The translations under genes were made by a program, and so were the position numbers. A DNA stretch of 41,801 nt from a virus (taxonomy: Duplodnaviria > Caudoviricetes), in the IMG/VR virus record IMGVR_UViG_3300020045_008362, positions 1 to 41,801 of that record. The stretch is one strand, 5' to 3'. The notes beneath the pieces are model-generated. The model searched no databases, was not told where the DNA came from, and saw only the letters and a list, made by a program, of their open reading frames with translations. Below, in pieces: positions 17,776 through 27,480 of this stretch; position 1 is the stretch's first letter; the number at the start of each line of letters is the position of its first letter.

Positions 17776-18228
17776 ATGGCAAAAACAAAAATGCAATTAG
17801 TAGATTATCTTAAAACGCAACGCAGAAGGGTTATACATAAACCTTCAGGACAATTAGGCTTTGTGGCCGACGAACCTATGACCTTAGAAGAAGGCCAGAA
17901 TCCTGACGATTATATTTCAGTTTTCTACCCCTACCCTGCGCCAGAATACAGGCAGGAAAATATACAGAACCTGGATTTACTGGCGTTAAACGAAGGGGAA
18001 TCTGAAGACAGCCCAGACAGGGAACTGACATTAGGCGAAAAAACTGTAAGGTCTAAATTTAACCCGTCAGGATCCGGTAACGTTAATTTCTTCAAAAACA
18101 TGGTAGCTAAAGCTATAGACGTTGCGGACACACTTAGGGATGTAGAACCCCGACTGGCCGCAATAACTATCACTAAATTTGAAGAAGCAGGAATGTTTGC
18201 CGTTAAATTGGCCACTACAGATAAATAA
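17776..18228 (+). CDS. protein with C-terminal Acb2/Tad1-like helical hairpin
   Basis: TLGEKTVRSKFNPSGSGNV..FK...A..ID......RLAAITITKFEEAGMFAVKLAT. Confidence 0.65.
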   Translation: MAKTKMQLVDYLKTQRRRVIHKPSGQLGFVADEPMTLEEGQNPDDYISVFYPYPAPEYRQENIQNLDLLALNEGESEDSPDRELTLGEKTVRSKFNPSGSGNVNFFKNMVAKAIDVADTLRDVEPRLAAITITKFEEAGMFAVKLATTDK

Positions 18229-18299
18229 CATTTGTTTATTGAAATATAATGTATATTTTTACAATCACTAATAGTTGGTGATTTTGGGTTAATAGTGTT

Positions 18300-18330
18300 A
18301 AAAGCTGTCTTCGGGCAGCTTTTTTCTTTT
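18300..18330 (+). terminator. intrinsic terminator of the plus-strand operon
   Basis: AAAAGCTGTC-TTCG-GGCAGCTTTTTT. Confidence 0.88.
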
Positions 18331-18355
18331 TACGTAATCGCCTGCGTAACCGCAT

Positions 18356-18383
18356 AAAAAAACCGGCTCAATATGGCCGGTTT
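18356..18383 (-). terminator. intrinsic terminator of the late operon
   Basis: Minus strand AAACCGGCC-ATATT-GAGCCGGTTTTTTT. Confidence 0.8.
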
Positions 18384-18431
18384 AAAAACAGTTCTAATCG
18401 ACTGGCGGAACTGTCGTGTTATCGTTGAAGG

Positions 18432-18914
18432 CTATGCAGGCGCAGCTACCTGAAAGTGCATCCAGTCCATGTCTGATTCACGTCCCAAACTCACAAATCC
18501 ATGCTTGTAAAATATATCAATCATTTTTCTATATTCAGGCCGGGCAAATCTGGCAGTCTTTTTAGTCTCTCTAAGCAGATTACGCGTAGGGTCTAAATCT
18601 ACAGCCACACCCCAACAGTGAGTGCTGTAATTAGATCCTGTCCGCATAACACGGAACTCAAAACAGCCACCAAAACGGTTTATTCCTAATTCCTTTATTT
18701 TCTCTATACCATACACTAAAAGTATTTCTGAAAATATAGCTTTTAGTTTTTCGGCTACAAGTTTATGACAACGCATTTTTTTTACAGGTACATTTAAATC
18801 CCAGGCTAAAACCATAGGATAAGGCAAATCTATCATTACAAGATATTTTCCTTCAGGATCAGGCTTACCGTAAGTATCTATAAGCTGTTTAGTAGTTATT
18901 AGATTCTTATTCAT
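18432..18914 (-). CDS. endolysin, M15-family peptidase
   Basis: R....[11 protein letters not shown] and DWMHFQ zinc-peptidase motifs. Confidence 0.9.
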   Translation of the reverse strand: MNKNLITTKQLIDTYGKPDPEGKYLVMIDLPYPMVLAWDLNVPVKKMRCHKLVAEKLKAIFSEILLVYGIEKIKELGINRFGGCFEFRVMRTGSNYSTHCWGVAVDLDPTRNLLRETKKTARFARPEYRKMIDIFYKHGFVSLGRESDMDWMHFQVAAPA

Positions 18915-18915
18915 G

Positions 18916-19521
18916 TTATATATTTGTTAAATCAAACGCTTCTATGTGCATTCTGATATTTTGCGAAGAAGAAGTAGCTTCCCTTAAAACCACATCAAAA
19001 GTAGTACTGTTTATTATCCTGTAAACTGGCGAATACAGATTGTTGGCCTGATTTATATCTGTGGCCAATGTCTGCATACTTAATTTTACAGAATAGTTCA
19101 CAGAAGGCATAGCGTTTGACATAACGATACGTACAGTAGAACTGTTGCTTCCTGAAGCTGTGACAGTGGCCGAAACAATATCCCCTAATTTTCCAAGTGT
19201 ATTGCCTACGGTCATTCCGTCAGGGTCAAACCCATTAAAGTAACCCCTGTTTTTAGGTATGTACCTAAGTATCGTGTTTATTTGGTTTTGCAAAACTGTA
19301 TCTGCGTCTGCCCTATCCAGTATTTCTTCCGCTAAATCGTCAGCTACCTGATCTATATTCGTTTCAAGATCGCCTGCTTTGTCTTTAAGCCATTTTGTAC
19401 GACTTGCAAGGTCTATAATAGCCTTGTTTAAAATTCCGTCTACCCCGCCTTCTAACGGGTCTGTTGTTTCAAGTTGGTAAACGCCTACAACGTAACCAAG
19501 TCCTTCAGGTAGTGTAGCCAT
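18916..19521 (-). CDS. short tail fibre protein
   Basis: [17 protein letters not shown].....LASRT.WLK baseplate-anchoring N-terminus; follows J/I genes. Confidence 0.8.
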   Translation of the reverse strand: MATLPEGLGYVVGVYQLETTDPLEGGVDGILNKAIIDLASRTKWLKDKAGDLETNIDQVADDLAEEILDRADADTVLQNQINTILRYIPKNRGYFNGFDPDGMTVGNTLGKLGDIVSATVTASGSNSSTVRIVMSNAMPSVNYSVKLSMQTLATDINQANNLYSPVYRIINSTTFDVVLREATSSSQNIRMHIEAFDLTNI

Positions 19522-19524
19522 AGT

Positions 19525-20052
19525 TTAAAAAGATATTGTCCAATTACCGTTTAAGATAATATCGGAATTTTTGTTAATAAGTTCACGAACCTTCCGGGCA
19601 AATAAAGTACTGTCTGTTGACAAAATACCAAATTCCCTTATTGCTATGCCATTGGCTTCACCCGCGCCCAGTGACCAGTCAAACCGTACTGAAGAAATAG
19701 TAGGATAGGTAACGGCCCCAAGGTTTTTAGTAAACGCGCCGGTAATAGCAGTGTTAGAACCTACAGGCTGCGTGCCATTAGTGCCTACTGCTAATTTAGA
19801 AAGCTTCTTATTAATATTGGCAGAACCTAATAGCAGCATCACAATTTGACGGCCATTGTTAACTACCAGATTTTTGTCTTCGTAATGCTCAATAACCTGG
19901 CCAGTGTGCGCGCAAATTATATCCATTACAAATTCGCCTTTTAAAGGCGGTATGGCTTCCTGAATTTCTACGCCATTATTCCGGGGGTTTATAGCAGCGT
20001 ATTTAGCGGCCACACCCGAAACCATATCCATGTTTTTTTCTTCTGGTATCAT
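19525..20052 (-). CDS. tail collar/baseplate-associated protein
   Basis: NLVVNNGR...AVGT...EANG.AIREFGI......LFARK pattern; position in the tail operon. Confidence 0.75.
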   Translation of the reverse strand: MIPEEKNMDMVSGVAAKYAAINPRNNGVEIQEAIPPLKGEFVMDIICAHTGQVIEHYEDKNLVVNNGRQIVMLLLGSANINKKLSKLAVGTNGTQPVGSNTAITGAFTKNLGAVTYPTISSVRFDWSLGAGEANGIAIREFGILSTDSTLFARKVRELINKNSDIILNGNWTISF

Positions 20053-20729
20053 TATACGTTTACAATATTAATAGTTAATGTGTCGTGTGATTCTATAGCA
20101 TTAATACTACCGTCGGCAAAATATGTACCGTCGGCAAACCTTCCAAAATAACCCAGGTCTTCGTCCATTGTAGGCGCTTCAAATAATATATTCAGCGTGT
20201 CGTTTATTACTCCTATAACGTCAGATATGGCTATAGTGTACGATATGCCTTCAAGGAACGAACGTGCGGGCTTATATTCCCTTACCAGTTTAGCTAAATC
20301 AGTTTGCGAAGTTCCTTCTACCCCTACAGTGTCGCCCAGAACAGATTCTATTTTGAACCTGGCCCAGTCTGTATCGGGGTCGCCGGTATCTATACCTTCT
20401 ACCAGAACAGCGTCCGTGTAACCTACTGCCTGCATAGCCTGTTTTATAGCCCAGACAGTACCCATATAGCGTTTTAATTCTATGGCTTGTTTTATGATAG
20501 ACCTGCGCTGTTCGTCAGTTGTTGCAAGGCCGTAACCCCTGAATCCTTCTACATCAAACTGGCGTGCCAGTGTAGGCAATGCGGACGCCTGTACGCTGTC
20601 TATTACGTAAACCAGTAGGTTTTCCACTTCAACAACTGAAAGCCTGGCGTTAGCCATAGCGTCAAAAGCTGCAAGGTGTGGAATACCTGCTATAGAATCA
20701 GCTAAAATATTTTCGTTAGACTGGCTCAT
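20052..20729 (-). CDS. baseplate protein, P2 gpI-like
   Basis: LPTLARQFDV...R..IK.AIEL.RY.GT.WAIK...YKPARS. Confidence 0.85.
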   Translation of the reverse strand: MSQSNENILADSIAGIPHLAAFDAMANARLSVVEVENLLVYVIDSVQASALPTLARQFDVEGFRGYGLATTDEQRRSIIKQAIELKRYMGTVWAIKQAMQAVGYTDAVLVEGIDTGDPDTDWARFKIESVLGDTVGVEGTSQTDLAKLVREYKPARSFLEGISYTIAISDVIGVINDTLNILFEAPTMDEDLGYFGRFADGTYFADGSINAIESHDTLTINIVNV

Positions 20730-20731
20730 TT

Positions 20732-21838
20732 TTACCCTGGGTTTGTACCGGTAACGGTTACATTTATGGCTGTTATGTTGGCGAATTGCGTCTGGCTTAT
20801 AACCAGGTCAGCAGAAGGCACTGTAACGTTAGCCTTATAAACGCCGTCTATCATACAAAGTGCTTTTATCTGGTCTATAACTATGTCCTGCCCTAAAAGC
20901 TTCCGCCTGCCGTCCCTGAATGCGGTCAGGTTAGACTGCACCACAGGTAATATGTCAGCCTGCACAGCACCTTCGTACAATATAAGGCCAACAGTGATAA
21001 CTGTATTTACCGCCGTTGGGGAAGTAACTACTACTGTGTCGTTAAGCGGGCGTATACGGTCAGCGTTAAGGACTGAAAAAACAGCGTCTAAAATTTCAGC
21101 GGGTGTCGTTGTTAGCCCTTCAACAAGCGGGAAAACCTCAACAGTTCCGGGTATAGGGTTTGTAACTTCCACATCTATAATTAAAGGACTGGCGGATTTT
21201 GCCCAAAATTCATAGGCTTTATAAGGACCGGCTACGGAAAAACTATTAGGGGCTAATTTTATGCGGTCCCTTAACTGATCGTCTGATTCTTCGTCGCTGC
21301 CACCTTCGGACACAGAAGTGTTAGAAGCTGTAGACAGGTATGGCTGCGGATCCAGAATAACAGAAATAGTTCCTAAAGCGTAATCATTGCCTATTTTGCC
21401 GGCTGTTTGTGATATTGCTATTACTGAAGCCGTATCTGTGCCGGTGGCCACAGAAGTATCTTGTATGAGTTGAAAAACAGTCCTGCCGTCAGTAGTCTGC
21501 ACGCGAAGGCCTTGTGGTATAACTATGTCGCCGTGGCCTTCAACAAGCGTCAGAAGTATTGTGGTTTTTGCTGAAGCTGAAGGCAACCTGATAACCCCCA
21601 CCAGTTCGCCCAGGTAATCCAACATAGGGAAGCGCGCGAAGGCTACAAGGTTTTGCAAAGCAGCGTCCTGTATCTGGTTACGAACCAGAAATTCCCGGTA
21701 GGCAAAAGCATTAATAAGCAATTGTTCTACCTGGGCCGGTTCTAATGTTTTTCCGGTTCTGGCTTCATAATCCGCAGTCATTTCTGCTATTATGGTTTGC
21801 GGGTCCCTTGTTATGAATTCAGGTGTTGGTAAGCCCAT
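20732..21838 (-). CDS. baseplate wedge protein, P2 gpJ-like
   Basis: GGSDEESDDQLRDRI...FSVAGP..AY.FWA...IRPLND. Confidence 0.93.
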   Translation of the reverse strand: MGLPTPEFITRDPQTIIAEMTADYEARTGKTLEPAQVEQLLINAFAYREFLVRNQIQDAALQNLVAFARFPMLDYLGELVGVIRLPSASAKTTILLTLVEGHGDIVIPQGLRVQTTDGRTVFQLIQDTSVATGTDTASVIAISQTAGKIGNDYALGTISVILDPQPYLSTASNTSVSEGGSDEESDDQLRDRIKLAPNSFSVAGPYKAYEFWAKSASPLIIDVEVTNPIPGTVEVFPLVEGLTTTPAEILDAVFSVLNADRIRPLNDTVVVTSPTAVNTVITVGLILYEGAVQADILPVVQSNLTAFRDGRRKLLGQDIVIDQIKALCMIDGVYKANVTVPSADLVISQTQFANITAINVTVTGTNPG

Positions 21839-21842
21839 GTAT

Positions 21843-22151
21843 TTAGTTTTTTAACGGGCAGTTATCACACTGCTTCGGTTGTTTTTCTATTATTTTTCGC
21901 AACATCCCTATTTCCTGTTCCATTTGCCCTATTTTCAGGTCAGCTTCTTTTTTATAGGACATAACGTCTTTTGTCAGTTCTCTGTAAGCTTCCCTAAGCA
22001 TTTTTATAGTGGTAAGGTCTGTTACGTCGGCTTCACCGCTTTTTAATCTGGCGGCCACCCTGCGTTCTTTAACTGAAAGCAAAAACATAATTATACCTGT
22101 GGGCGCTGAAATAATTTTAACTACATCCCAAAAGATATTCCAGTCAAACAT
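21843..22151 (-). CDS. membrane-anchored coiled-coil protein (holin/antiholin-like)
   Basis: N-terminal TM, coiled coil, C-terminal CDNC. Confidence 0.6.
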   Translation of the reverse strand: MFDWNIFWDVVKIISAPTGIIMFLLSVKERRVAARLKSGEADVTDLTTIKMLREAYRELTKDVMSYKKEADLKIGQMEQEIGMLRKIIEKQPKQCDNCPLKN

Positions 22152-22441
22152 TAAATTTTCTTTAACGTTTGTTTTTCAATTTCTTCCGCCGCGTCATTGG
22201 TTTTAGTAGTGATTTTAACATACGGGTTAGCTACTAAACTTTGGAATATTTTAAATACAAAAGTTGCTACGGCTGTCATTGCTAAAAGTTTCCAGTTCAA
22301 TTCGCTTTGAATACCTTTAGCCATGCTGTCTAAATATTGTTGTATAGCGACGCCTACCGGTATTACAGCAGCATACAAAGCAGCTTTTACAAAATCAGGT
22401 AATTGCAGCTTCCATCTTTTTGATATGGTTATTTTTTGCAT
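22151..22441 (-). CDS. putative holin (2 TM)
   Basis: DFVKAALYAA...LNWKLLAMTAVA..V.KI; basic ends; likely start 22441 after its own promoter (22473-22466). Confidence 0.65.
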   Translation of the reverse strand: MQKITISKRWKLQLPDFVKAALYAAVIPVGVAIQQYLDSMAKGIQSELNWKLLAMTAVATFVFKIFQSLVANPYVKITTKTNDAAEEIEKQTLKKI

Positions 22442-22477
22442 AACGTTAACTTTTTTATGTTCTGACAAATATAAAAT

Positions 22478-22506
22478 AAAAAACCACACTGTTAAGGTGT
22501 GGTTTT
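22478..22506 (-). terminator. intrinsic terminator
   Basis: AAAACCACAC-N7-GTGTGGTTTTTT on the minus strand. Confidence 0.8.
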
Positions 22507-22525
22507 AAATATATTGGATTGAATT

Positions 22526-22894
22526 TTAAGACTGTCGTTTCCAAAAGTAGAAACGCGCCAGTAATACGGATATTAAGCCTATGGAAATAAGTGTTATTCC
22601 ATACGACAAACCGTCCCATTCTTTGGGCAGAAACAGCAATAATATTGCCAGTGATCCGGCGGTTATGCCTGCGGCGGTAGTTTCCTGCTTATTGTTGGCG
22701 GCAGTATGGTGTGTTTTTTCACCCTGTACGGCGTTCAATATACCCTGAAACCACCATGCACCACCGGCAGCACACAGCAATACAAAGGCCTTCAAAAAGA
22801 AATCTACCGGCTGTTTTGGAACGGCGGTAAATATGCCGAACAATATAAGCAATATGCCTGCCGATAATGTAATGTTTACAAGTAATTTTTTCAT
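22526..22894 (-). CDS. 4-TM membrane protein
   Basis: Four hydrophobic segments; likely start 22894 (MKKLLV). Confidence 0.7.
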   Translation of the reverse strand: MKKLLVNITLSAGILLILFGIFTAVPKQPVDFFLKAFVLLCAAGGAWWFQGILNAVQGEKTHHTAANNKQETTAAGITAGSLAILLLFLPKEWDGLSYGITLISIGLISVLLARFYFWKRQS

Positions 22895-22896
22895 AA

Positions 22897-24510
22897 TTAA
22901 AAAGTTGTCAAAGGGCTTCTTACCCATGTGTTAGCACCGGTGCATACGTAAATGTATGTAGCTGTTATTCTTATCTCGCCAGTTGTCCCAGTGTCTGTAG
23001 AACTTGACGGGGCGGTATTTAGTGCCGATACTTTAAACGATGCGGCTGTAAGTGTGCTTGAGTAATCTCCTAAAACCGAAAACATATTACTAAATCTATT
23101 CCCCGATGTACCTGCGGATTGCGCATTATTTACGGCAGGCTGAAATGCTCCGGAGCTTGTAATCTGCATCCTCGTAGCTCCGTTTGTTTGAAAGTTTATA
23201 GCCGTTGATGTAGTAGTGCCAATAGTCATTGCGCCAGGGTTGGTTAAGGTTGGAGCCGTAACCGTGCCGGTGAACGTGGGTGAAGCCAAATTAGCTTTAA
23301 GTGCTAAAGCCGTATTAACAGCCGTTTTACTCGGTGCTACTGTGGTACTTGCTGTTAGGTTATCGGCTACTTTACCATCGGCATAAGCATCCCGTGCAGC
23401 GGTGTATGCTGAAGCTATTCCTATAACCGGTTCCGTTGTACCGTTTGCAACCGTTGTTTCCCCTGATACACCTGTAACGCTGGTTACCGTGCCTCCGCCG
23501 CCTGTAATATCTGACAATAACGCGATAGTGCCGTCCTCTTCAGGTAATGTCCATTGATATGTGGTTGTATTCGATATAGGCGTGTTTAAAATGTGCTGTC
23601 CTCCTGCAAGCCCGCTATTACTAAGTTGCAGGGATTGATTAGTGCGGAGTGTTCCCGTTTCATCAGATATAAGATTTGTTACGGCGCCATCATTAACCTT
23701 ATATAAGTAGGCGGTAATATTAGCCTCGCTTTCAATATCCCCCGTAACAGGGCTACCTACTTCCGTACCGCTTAGGGGGATGCCCGTAACATCGGATAGC
23801 AGGGCTATGGTGCCGTCTGCATCGGGTATATTAAGTGTCCTGCCAGTAGTTAAATCGGCGGTTGTAAAAATTGCACTTACTTCTGATGTGGTATTAAATA
23901 TATTAAACTCATCATATGAAGTAACTTTGCCCCCCTCATCTATAACAATTTGGTCAAAAGGTGTGTAATATCCAAAACTTTTAATTGCGTAATCTCCTAA
24001 ATTCACATCACTATCAGCTCCACTATAAGGTACAAAAACCCCAGTAGTAGCCGCCTCCACATCGCTAAGCCTGGCAGCATGTCCACCCTCAGTAGGTGCG
24101 CCAACGAATATGGGGCTGTCTATTTGTGCCGATGTGTCGTTAAGACTAAATGTGTTGTCCCCAGCCGATAAAGCCGCAAAGCCGTCCGTTAATGATAGGT
24201 TGCTAAAGTCTGCACCTGCCCCGTGTGTTATCTCTATATCAGTTGATACGGTTGCCGTGCTGCCTGCATTCATTACACTTTGCCAGTTAGGAACACTACC
24301 GCCACCGCCAAAATAAGCCTTTAACTGTGCCCAACTGGGTTGTACTACGCGCTTATCTGAAACACGACGCGCCAGTATTTTAATTGCCGTAGTATCTACA
24401 CTTACAGTTGGCGGCGGGGAATCTATTTTAACAGGCCCGTAAAGCGTAGTTTGAGAAAAACCTAATGCTGACATAAGCAGCATACACCAAATAATAATTT
24501 TAGTCTTCAT
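22897..24510 (-). CDS. tail-fibre-like protein with N-terminal signal peptide
   Basis: MKTKIIIWCMLLMSALGFS|Q; FVPYSGA...VNLG, two P..DGTIALLSD(V/I)TG, GGGGTVTSV and KANLASPTFTGTVTAPT fibre motifs. Confidence 0.75.
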   Translation of the reverse strand: MKTKIIIWCMLLMSALGFSQTTLYGPVKIDSPPPTVSVDTTAIKILARRVSDKRVVQPSWAQLKAYFGGGGSVPNWQSVMNAGSTATVSTDIEITHGAGADFSNLSLTDGFAALSAGDNTFSLNDTSAQIDSPIFVGAPTEGGHAARLSDVEAATTGVFVPYSGADSDVNLGDYAIKSFGYYTPFDQIVIDEGGKVTSYDEFNIFNTTSEVSAIFTTADLTTGRTLNIPDADGTIALLSDVTGIPLSGTEVGSPVTGDIESEANITAYLYKVNDGAVTNLISDETGTLRTNQSLQLSNSGLAGGQHILNTPISNTTTYQWTLPEEDGTIALLSDITGGGGTVTSVTGVSGETTVANGTTEPVIGIASAYTAARDAYADGKVADNLTASTTVAPSKTAVNTALALKANLASPTFTGTVTAPTLTNPGAMTIGTTTSTAINFQTNGATRMQITSSGAFQPAVNNAQSAGTSGNRFSNMFSVLGDYSSTLTAASFKVSALNTAPSSSTDTGTTGEIRITATYIYVCTGANTWVRSPLTTF

Positions 24511-24718
24511 TTGTAATTTGTGCGGGATTAAGGGTTTGTAATATTTTAGTTTCTACTTTTATGTTAACGGTTTCAATTACACCATCAACAATCGGGGCGC
24601 TTTCACTTACCGTAACTTCTACAGGCTGGAAACATCCGTCTTTTTCACGCCACCCAATAAATTTATTAGGGATAGCGGTTTCTTTTAAATCCCCGTTTGG
24701 GTAAATAATTTTAATCAT
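24500..24718 (-). CDS. small hypothetical protein
   Basis: 72-aa ORF in the tail operon, overlapping the next gene. Confidence 0.65.
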   Translation of the reverse strand: MIKIIYPNGDLKETAIPNKFIGWREKDGCFQPVEVTVSESAPIVDGVIETVNIKVETKILQTLNPAQITNED

Positions 24719-24737
24719 ATATGTGTTTTAAAAATTA

Positions 24738-25187
24738 CTATTCTTCAAATCCAGGTTCACCCGGCAGCGGTTGGCGACTACTGAATAAAATTTTATGGTT
24801 GGCCACATTATTTATATCTGCGCCGCTACCAGTAACCCACCTGGTTATATAAAAATATCCTTCTACGTCAGTACCGAAACAAAAATCACCTAATAAAGCT
24901 TCGTCAGGATAATTTACAGTTTCGTCTGTGGGAGTAGTACCGGGCTTCCATCCTTTAGCTATAGGCCTGAAGGCTTTAAACGGTGTAACCTTATAATCAA
25001 TAACACCGGTAAGCGCATCAATATTTATAGGGTAAACGGCAGTTAAATTGCTTGCAGAACTATCATTTCCTGCACGCTGATTTATAGCCTTCAATACCTG
25101 ACGTAACCGGGATGGATTCACATAACCGGTAGTGTTGTCAATTATAAGACCGTCAATAATATTATCTACTTCCTGTTGTGATGCCAT
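24738..25187 (-). CDS. putative fibre adaptor/structural protein
   Basis: IIDNTTGYVNPSRLRQVL N-terminal motif; lies between the gp25-like and fibre genes. Confidence 0.6.
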   Translation of the reverse strand: MASQQEVDNIIDGLIIDNTTGYVNPSRLRQVLKAINQRAGNDSSASNLTAVYPINIDALTGVIDYKVTPFKAFRPIAKGWKPGTTPTDETVNYPDEALLGDFCFGTDVEGYFYITRWVTGSGADINNVANHKILFSSRQPLPGEPGFEE

Positions 25188-25196
25188 AGTGTTATT

Positions 25197-25634
25197 TTAT
25201 GAAAATCCAAAGTCAAAACCATTGCTAAAAGCCCTGCCTATGGATGGTATTATTTCCAGGTTGTCCTGTCTGTCTATGTAGAATGCCAATTCCGTAGCTT
25301 CGTTAGAATCTACAAGTTCAGCAAACATATAAAATTCTATCCTATAGCCTATTATATCGTAAATAAGTTTTTTGATAGTTATACGCGGTTCCCATTTTCC
25401 GATACAGTCTAAAATTTCAGCGCAAATAAGCGGCGCGGCAGAAACCACCGGATCGTCTATGTACTGGTATAACTTAGAACCGAACAACGGGCGTAGCGGA
25501 TCACTGCCCTGCGTGGTAGTCAATATAAGCTGCACGCACTGGCGCACATCGTTAAGGCCTTGCGTAACTTCACCGGGCGCGCGTAACGATAGCTGCCAGG
25601 CTGTTGATTGTATGTCGCTTATCTGTATAGCCAT
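25197..25634 (-). CDS. baseplate wedge protein, gp25/P2 gpW-like
   Basis: QCVQLILTT..GSDPLRPLFGS......D.P...I.KWEPRI; likely start 25634. Confidence 0.88.
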   Translation of the reverse strand: MAIQISDIQSTAWQLSLRAPGEVTQGLNDVRQCVQLILTTTQGSDPLRPLFGSKLYQYIDDPVVSAAPLICAEILDCIGKWEPRITIKKLIYDIIGYRIEFYMFAELVDSNEATELAFYIDRQDNLEIIPSIGRAFSNGFDFGFS

Positions 25635-25638
25635 AAAT

Positions 25639-26325
25639 TTACGGTGTTGGTGGCCCGGAAGTTCCGCCGCCTGTTTGTACGCCACTGTGCGTATGTGTTC
25701 CTAAGTCTACAGTTCCTGCCGCTACAGTCGATCCAGTAACAGCACCTTCAGCCGTAACGTCGCCTTCTACGGCTAAATTACCACCGTCAGCCACCATACC
25801 GCCACCGGTAATAGCGCCTGAAGCAGCCGCCAACGAAGCAGCTGTAAGCGCCCCGGCTACGGTTAGAGTTCCTGACATGGTTACGGCTGTAGCATCCACT
25901 GAAACAGCTTCAGCTTCTATAGTAACCATAGTGGCTTCCACGGACACCACCTGGGCTTCTATGTGCGTTTCACCTTCAGAAATTATATTTACTTTACCCT
26001 TAATGTTTATATTGTATTCATGGGTAGCCCTATTGTATTCTATAAAAGATTCGTCAGTGAACTGGACACGAACAATATCTTTGCCGCCGCCTTCGGGTGG
26101 TGTCTTATCGTTAAATAGCGCACCCAGTATAACCCCGTCGTCGCTGTGTTCGTCCATAAGGCACGCCACCTGTTCGTTAATGTCGAACATGTGAAAAAAC
26201 TTATTGCTTAACGCACCCATGACGCATATTTGAAGCCAGTCAGAAACTATATCGTCGTCTATGAATGTTACACGGGCGTAGCATTTTTCAGTATCAATTT
26301 CGGTTATATTACCTATTCGTAGCAT
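25639..26325 (-). CDS. baseplate spike, P2 gpV-like
   Basis: ARVTF.DD..VSDWL, GVILGA, C-terminal HTHSGVQTGGGTSGPP iron-binding apex. Confidence 0.92.
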   Translation of the reverse strand: MLRIGNITEIDTEKCYARVTFIDDDIVSDWLQICVMGALSNKFFHMFDINEQVACLMDEHSDDGVILGALFNDKTPPEGGGKDIVRVQFTDESFIEYNRATHEYNINIKGKVNIISEGETHIEAQVVSVEATMVTIEAEAVSVDATAVTMSGTLTVAGALTAASLAAASGAITGGGMVADGGNLAVEGDVTAEGAVTGSTVAAGTVDLGTHTHSGVQTGGGTSGPPTP

Positions 26326-26343
26326 GGGTGTAAATATATAAAA

Positions 26344-27480
26344 TTATCTATTCACCTTTACCAAATCAGCAGCGGTAGTTACACCTGAAGCTGAATTTCT
26401 GACTGTGGCCGTATTTCTTACAGGAACATTTTTGGCCTGTGGTTTCGGCGGCTTGTTGGTTATCTGCTGTGATTTAGTAGGTAACTGAAGGCGTTTAATC
26501 TCTAATGTAGAAACAGCGCCGCCACGGTCTATCCTGTGCGAACTGGCCGTTATGTGATATTTTCCAGACAATTTTCCCAGACCGGTAAGTGTGAAATTAT
26601 TTCCGGCGCAGGCCAAAGGATTAAACTGCATAGTTATACTGCCTTCCTGTAGGTTAGATATAGAAAGGTGCATATTTTTTTTAGCTATAGCTTCGCCCTG
26701 CTGTTTGTTTTCTGCTGATTCATAAGAAACATTATCGTCGCCAGAAGCTTTAGGCTGTGCTGTGTACTGCGGGTTTTCCTGCGTGAATTTATCAAAAGCC
26801 AAATCCGTTTCTACTTTTTCGTTCTTTTTTGAATTTTTAGATTTTACTTTTGCATTCTGGGCAGCCCCTTCTGATTTGTCTTTTATTGAATACTGGGACA
26901 ATTCCGTTTTATCCACGCTAAAAGACACGTTACGGCCTTCCAGTTTGTATATATCTGTAAATGTTATAACAGTACCCCTTACTGAAAAAATAACGCCGTA
27001 TTTGCCAGATATGCGCTTCAGGAAGGCTACATCTGTTTCTTTATTCTGCGTTACCCTTCCTATAGTTATTTCCGGAATGTCGCCTGCAATAGTAAAATTG
27101 TTCTTTGTTGCTATTTTTTCAGCTATCTGCCGAAGCGTTTTGTTTTCGTGCGCGTCAGACTTAGGGGTTCTAAGGCTGTTTTTTATACCGGTGGCCATAC
27201 CCCGGATAGTTACCGTGTCAGGCGGCCCCTTCAATTCTATTTCGTCAATCTCAAAATCACCGCAGTTAAGCCTTCCTATGGTTACTTTTAGCGCTGCCCC
27301 GTCTTCAGGGTACCAACTGTTTTGCCAGTGGCCGTCTACGTCTTCAAGTTCTATAGAAACTTCGTCTGATTCCCCTTCTGTTTTATCTGAATATGTGAGC
27401 GACAGCAGATATTTAGCTATATCGGCTGTTATGTTTTTATTATTATACGTTACTGAAAACGCAGTTTGTGGCACATTCAT
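26344..27480 (-). CDS. baseplate hub, P2 gpD-like
   Basis: LTYSDK.EGESD.V.IELED, TLRQIA..IA, TQNKETDVAFLKR; likely start 27480 (TAATG coupling). Confidence 0.9.
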   Translation of the reverse strand: MNVPQTAFSVTYNNKNITADIAKYLLSLTYSDKTEGESDEVSIELEDVDGHWQNSWYPEDGAALKVTIGRLNCGDFEIDEIELKGPPDTVTIRGMATGIKNSLRTPKSDAHENKTLRQIAEKIATKNNFTIAGDIPEITIGRVTQNKETDVAFLKRISGKYGVIFSVRGTVITFTDIYKLEGRNVSFSVDKTELSQYSIKDKSEGAAQNAKVKSKNSKKNEKVETDLAFDKFTQENPQYTAQPKASGDDNVSYESAENKQQGEAIAKKNMHLSISNLQEGSITMQFNPLACAGNNFTLTGLGKLSGKYHITASSHRIDRGGAVSTLEIKRLQLPTKSQQITNKPPKPQAKNVPVRNTATVRNSASGVTTAADLVKVNR

